A stretch of 64,000 bases of DNA from Amoebidium appalachense. Its lineage: Eukaryota > Protista > Ichthyosporea. The position numbers were made by a program, and so were the translations under genes. The stretch covers positions 5,165,921 through 5,229,920 of the forward strand of contig CAVNZM010000011.1 in the NCBI GenBank assembly GCA_963693365.1. The letters run 5' to 3'. Position 1 is the first letter of the stretch. Every line of letters starts with the position of its first letter. Of the stretch, positions 63,996-64,000 are shown piece after piece. The notes under the pieces are model-generated. The model saw only the letters and a program-made list of their open reading frames with translations, had not been told where the DNA came from and made no database searches.

Positions 63996-64000
63996 CTGCA

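Overview
Eukaryotic genomic DNA from an intron-rich, microsatellite- and poly-G-rich genome (a unicellular opisthokont such as an ichthyosporean is plausible, but this is inference only). There are three zones. (1) 1-~15.6 kb is the right-hand part of a gene-dense, essentially intronless, microsatellite-poor island that looks viral or like a giant transposon. It carries a Fic domain, two C2H2 zinc-finger genes, an SF3/D5-like (DUF5906-type) helicase with an adjacent truncated paralogue of its N-terminal domain, several orphan and coiled-coil ORFs with TATAAAAG boxes, palindromic iteron-like modules, a ~210-bp inverted repeat pair, a TTAGGG-containing 22-bp satellite and a 92-bp tandem array. 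(2) Host sequence contains a frameshifted BTB gene, a complete 11-exon epoxide-hydrolase-like gene (-), a 5-exon secreted alpha-carbonic anhydrase (+), the 3' seven exons of a Cys-type SelO (-), MITEs, dispersed repeats and an internally deleted pogo-like transposase. (3) 43593-52554 is a TSD-flanked (GTAGT) Ty1/copia element. It is a chimera of an autonomous element (765-bp LTR-B, whose end encodes the probable Gag N-terminus) and a TRIM family (LTR-A plus a ~300-bp core). TRIM units lie in tandem at the primer-binding site between LTR-B and gag, and another copy is nested in reverse orientation inside LTR-B.
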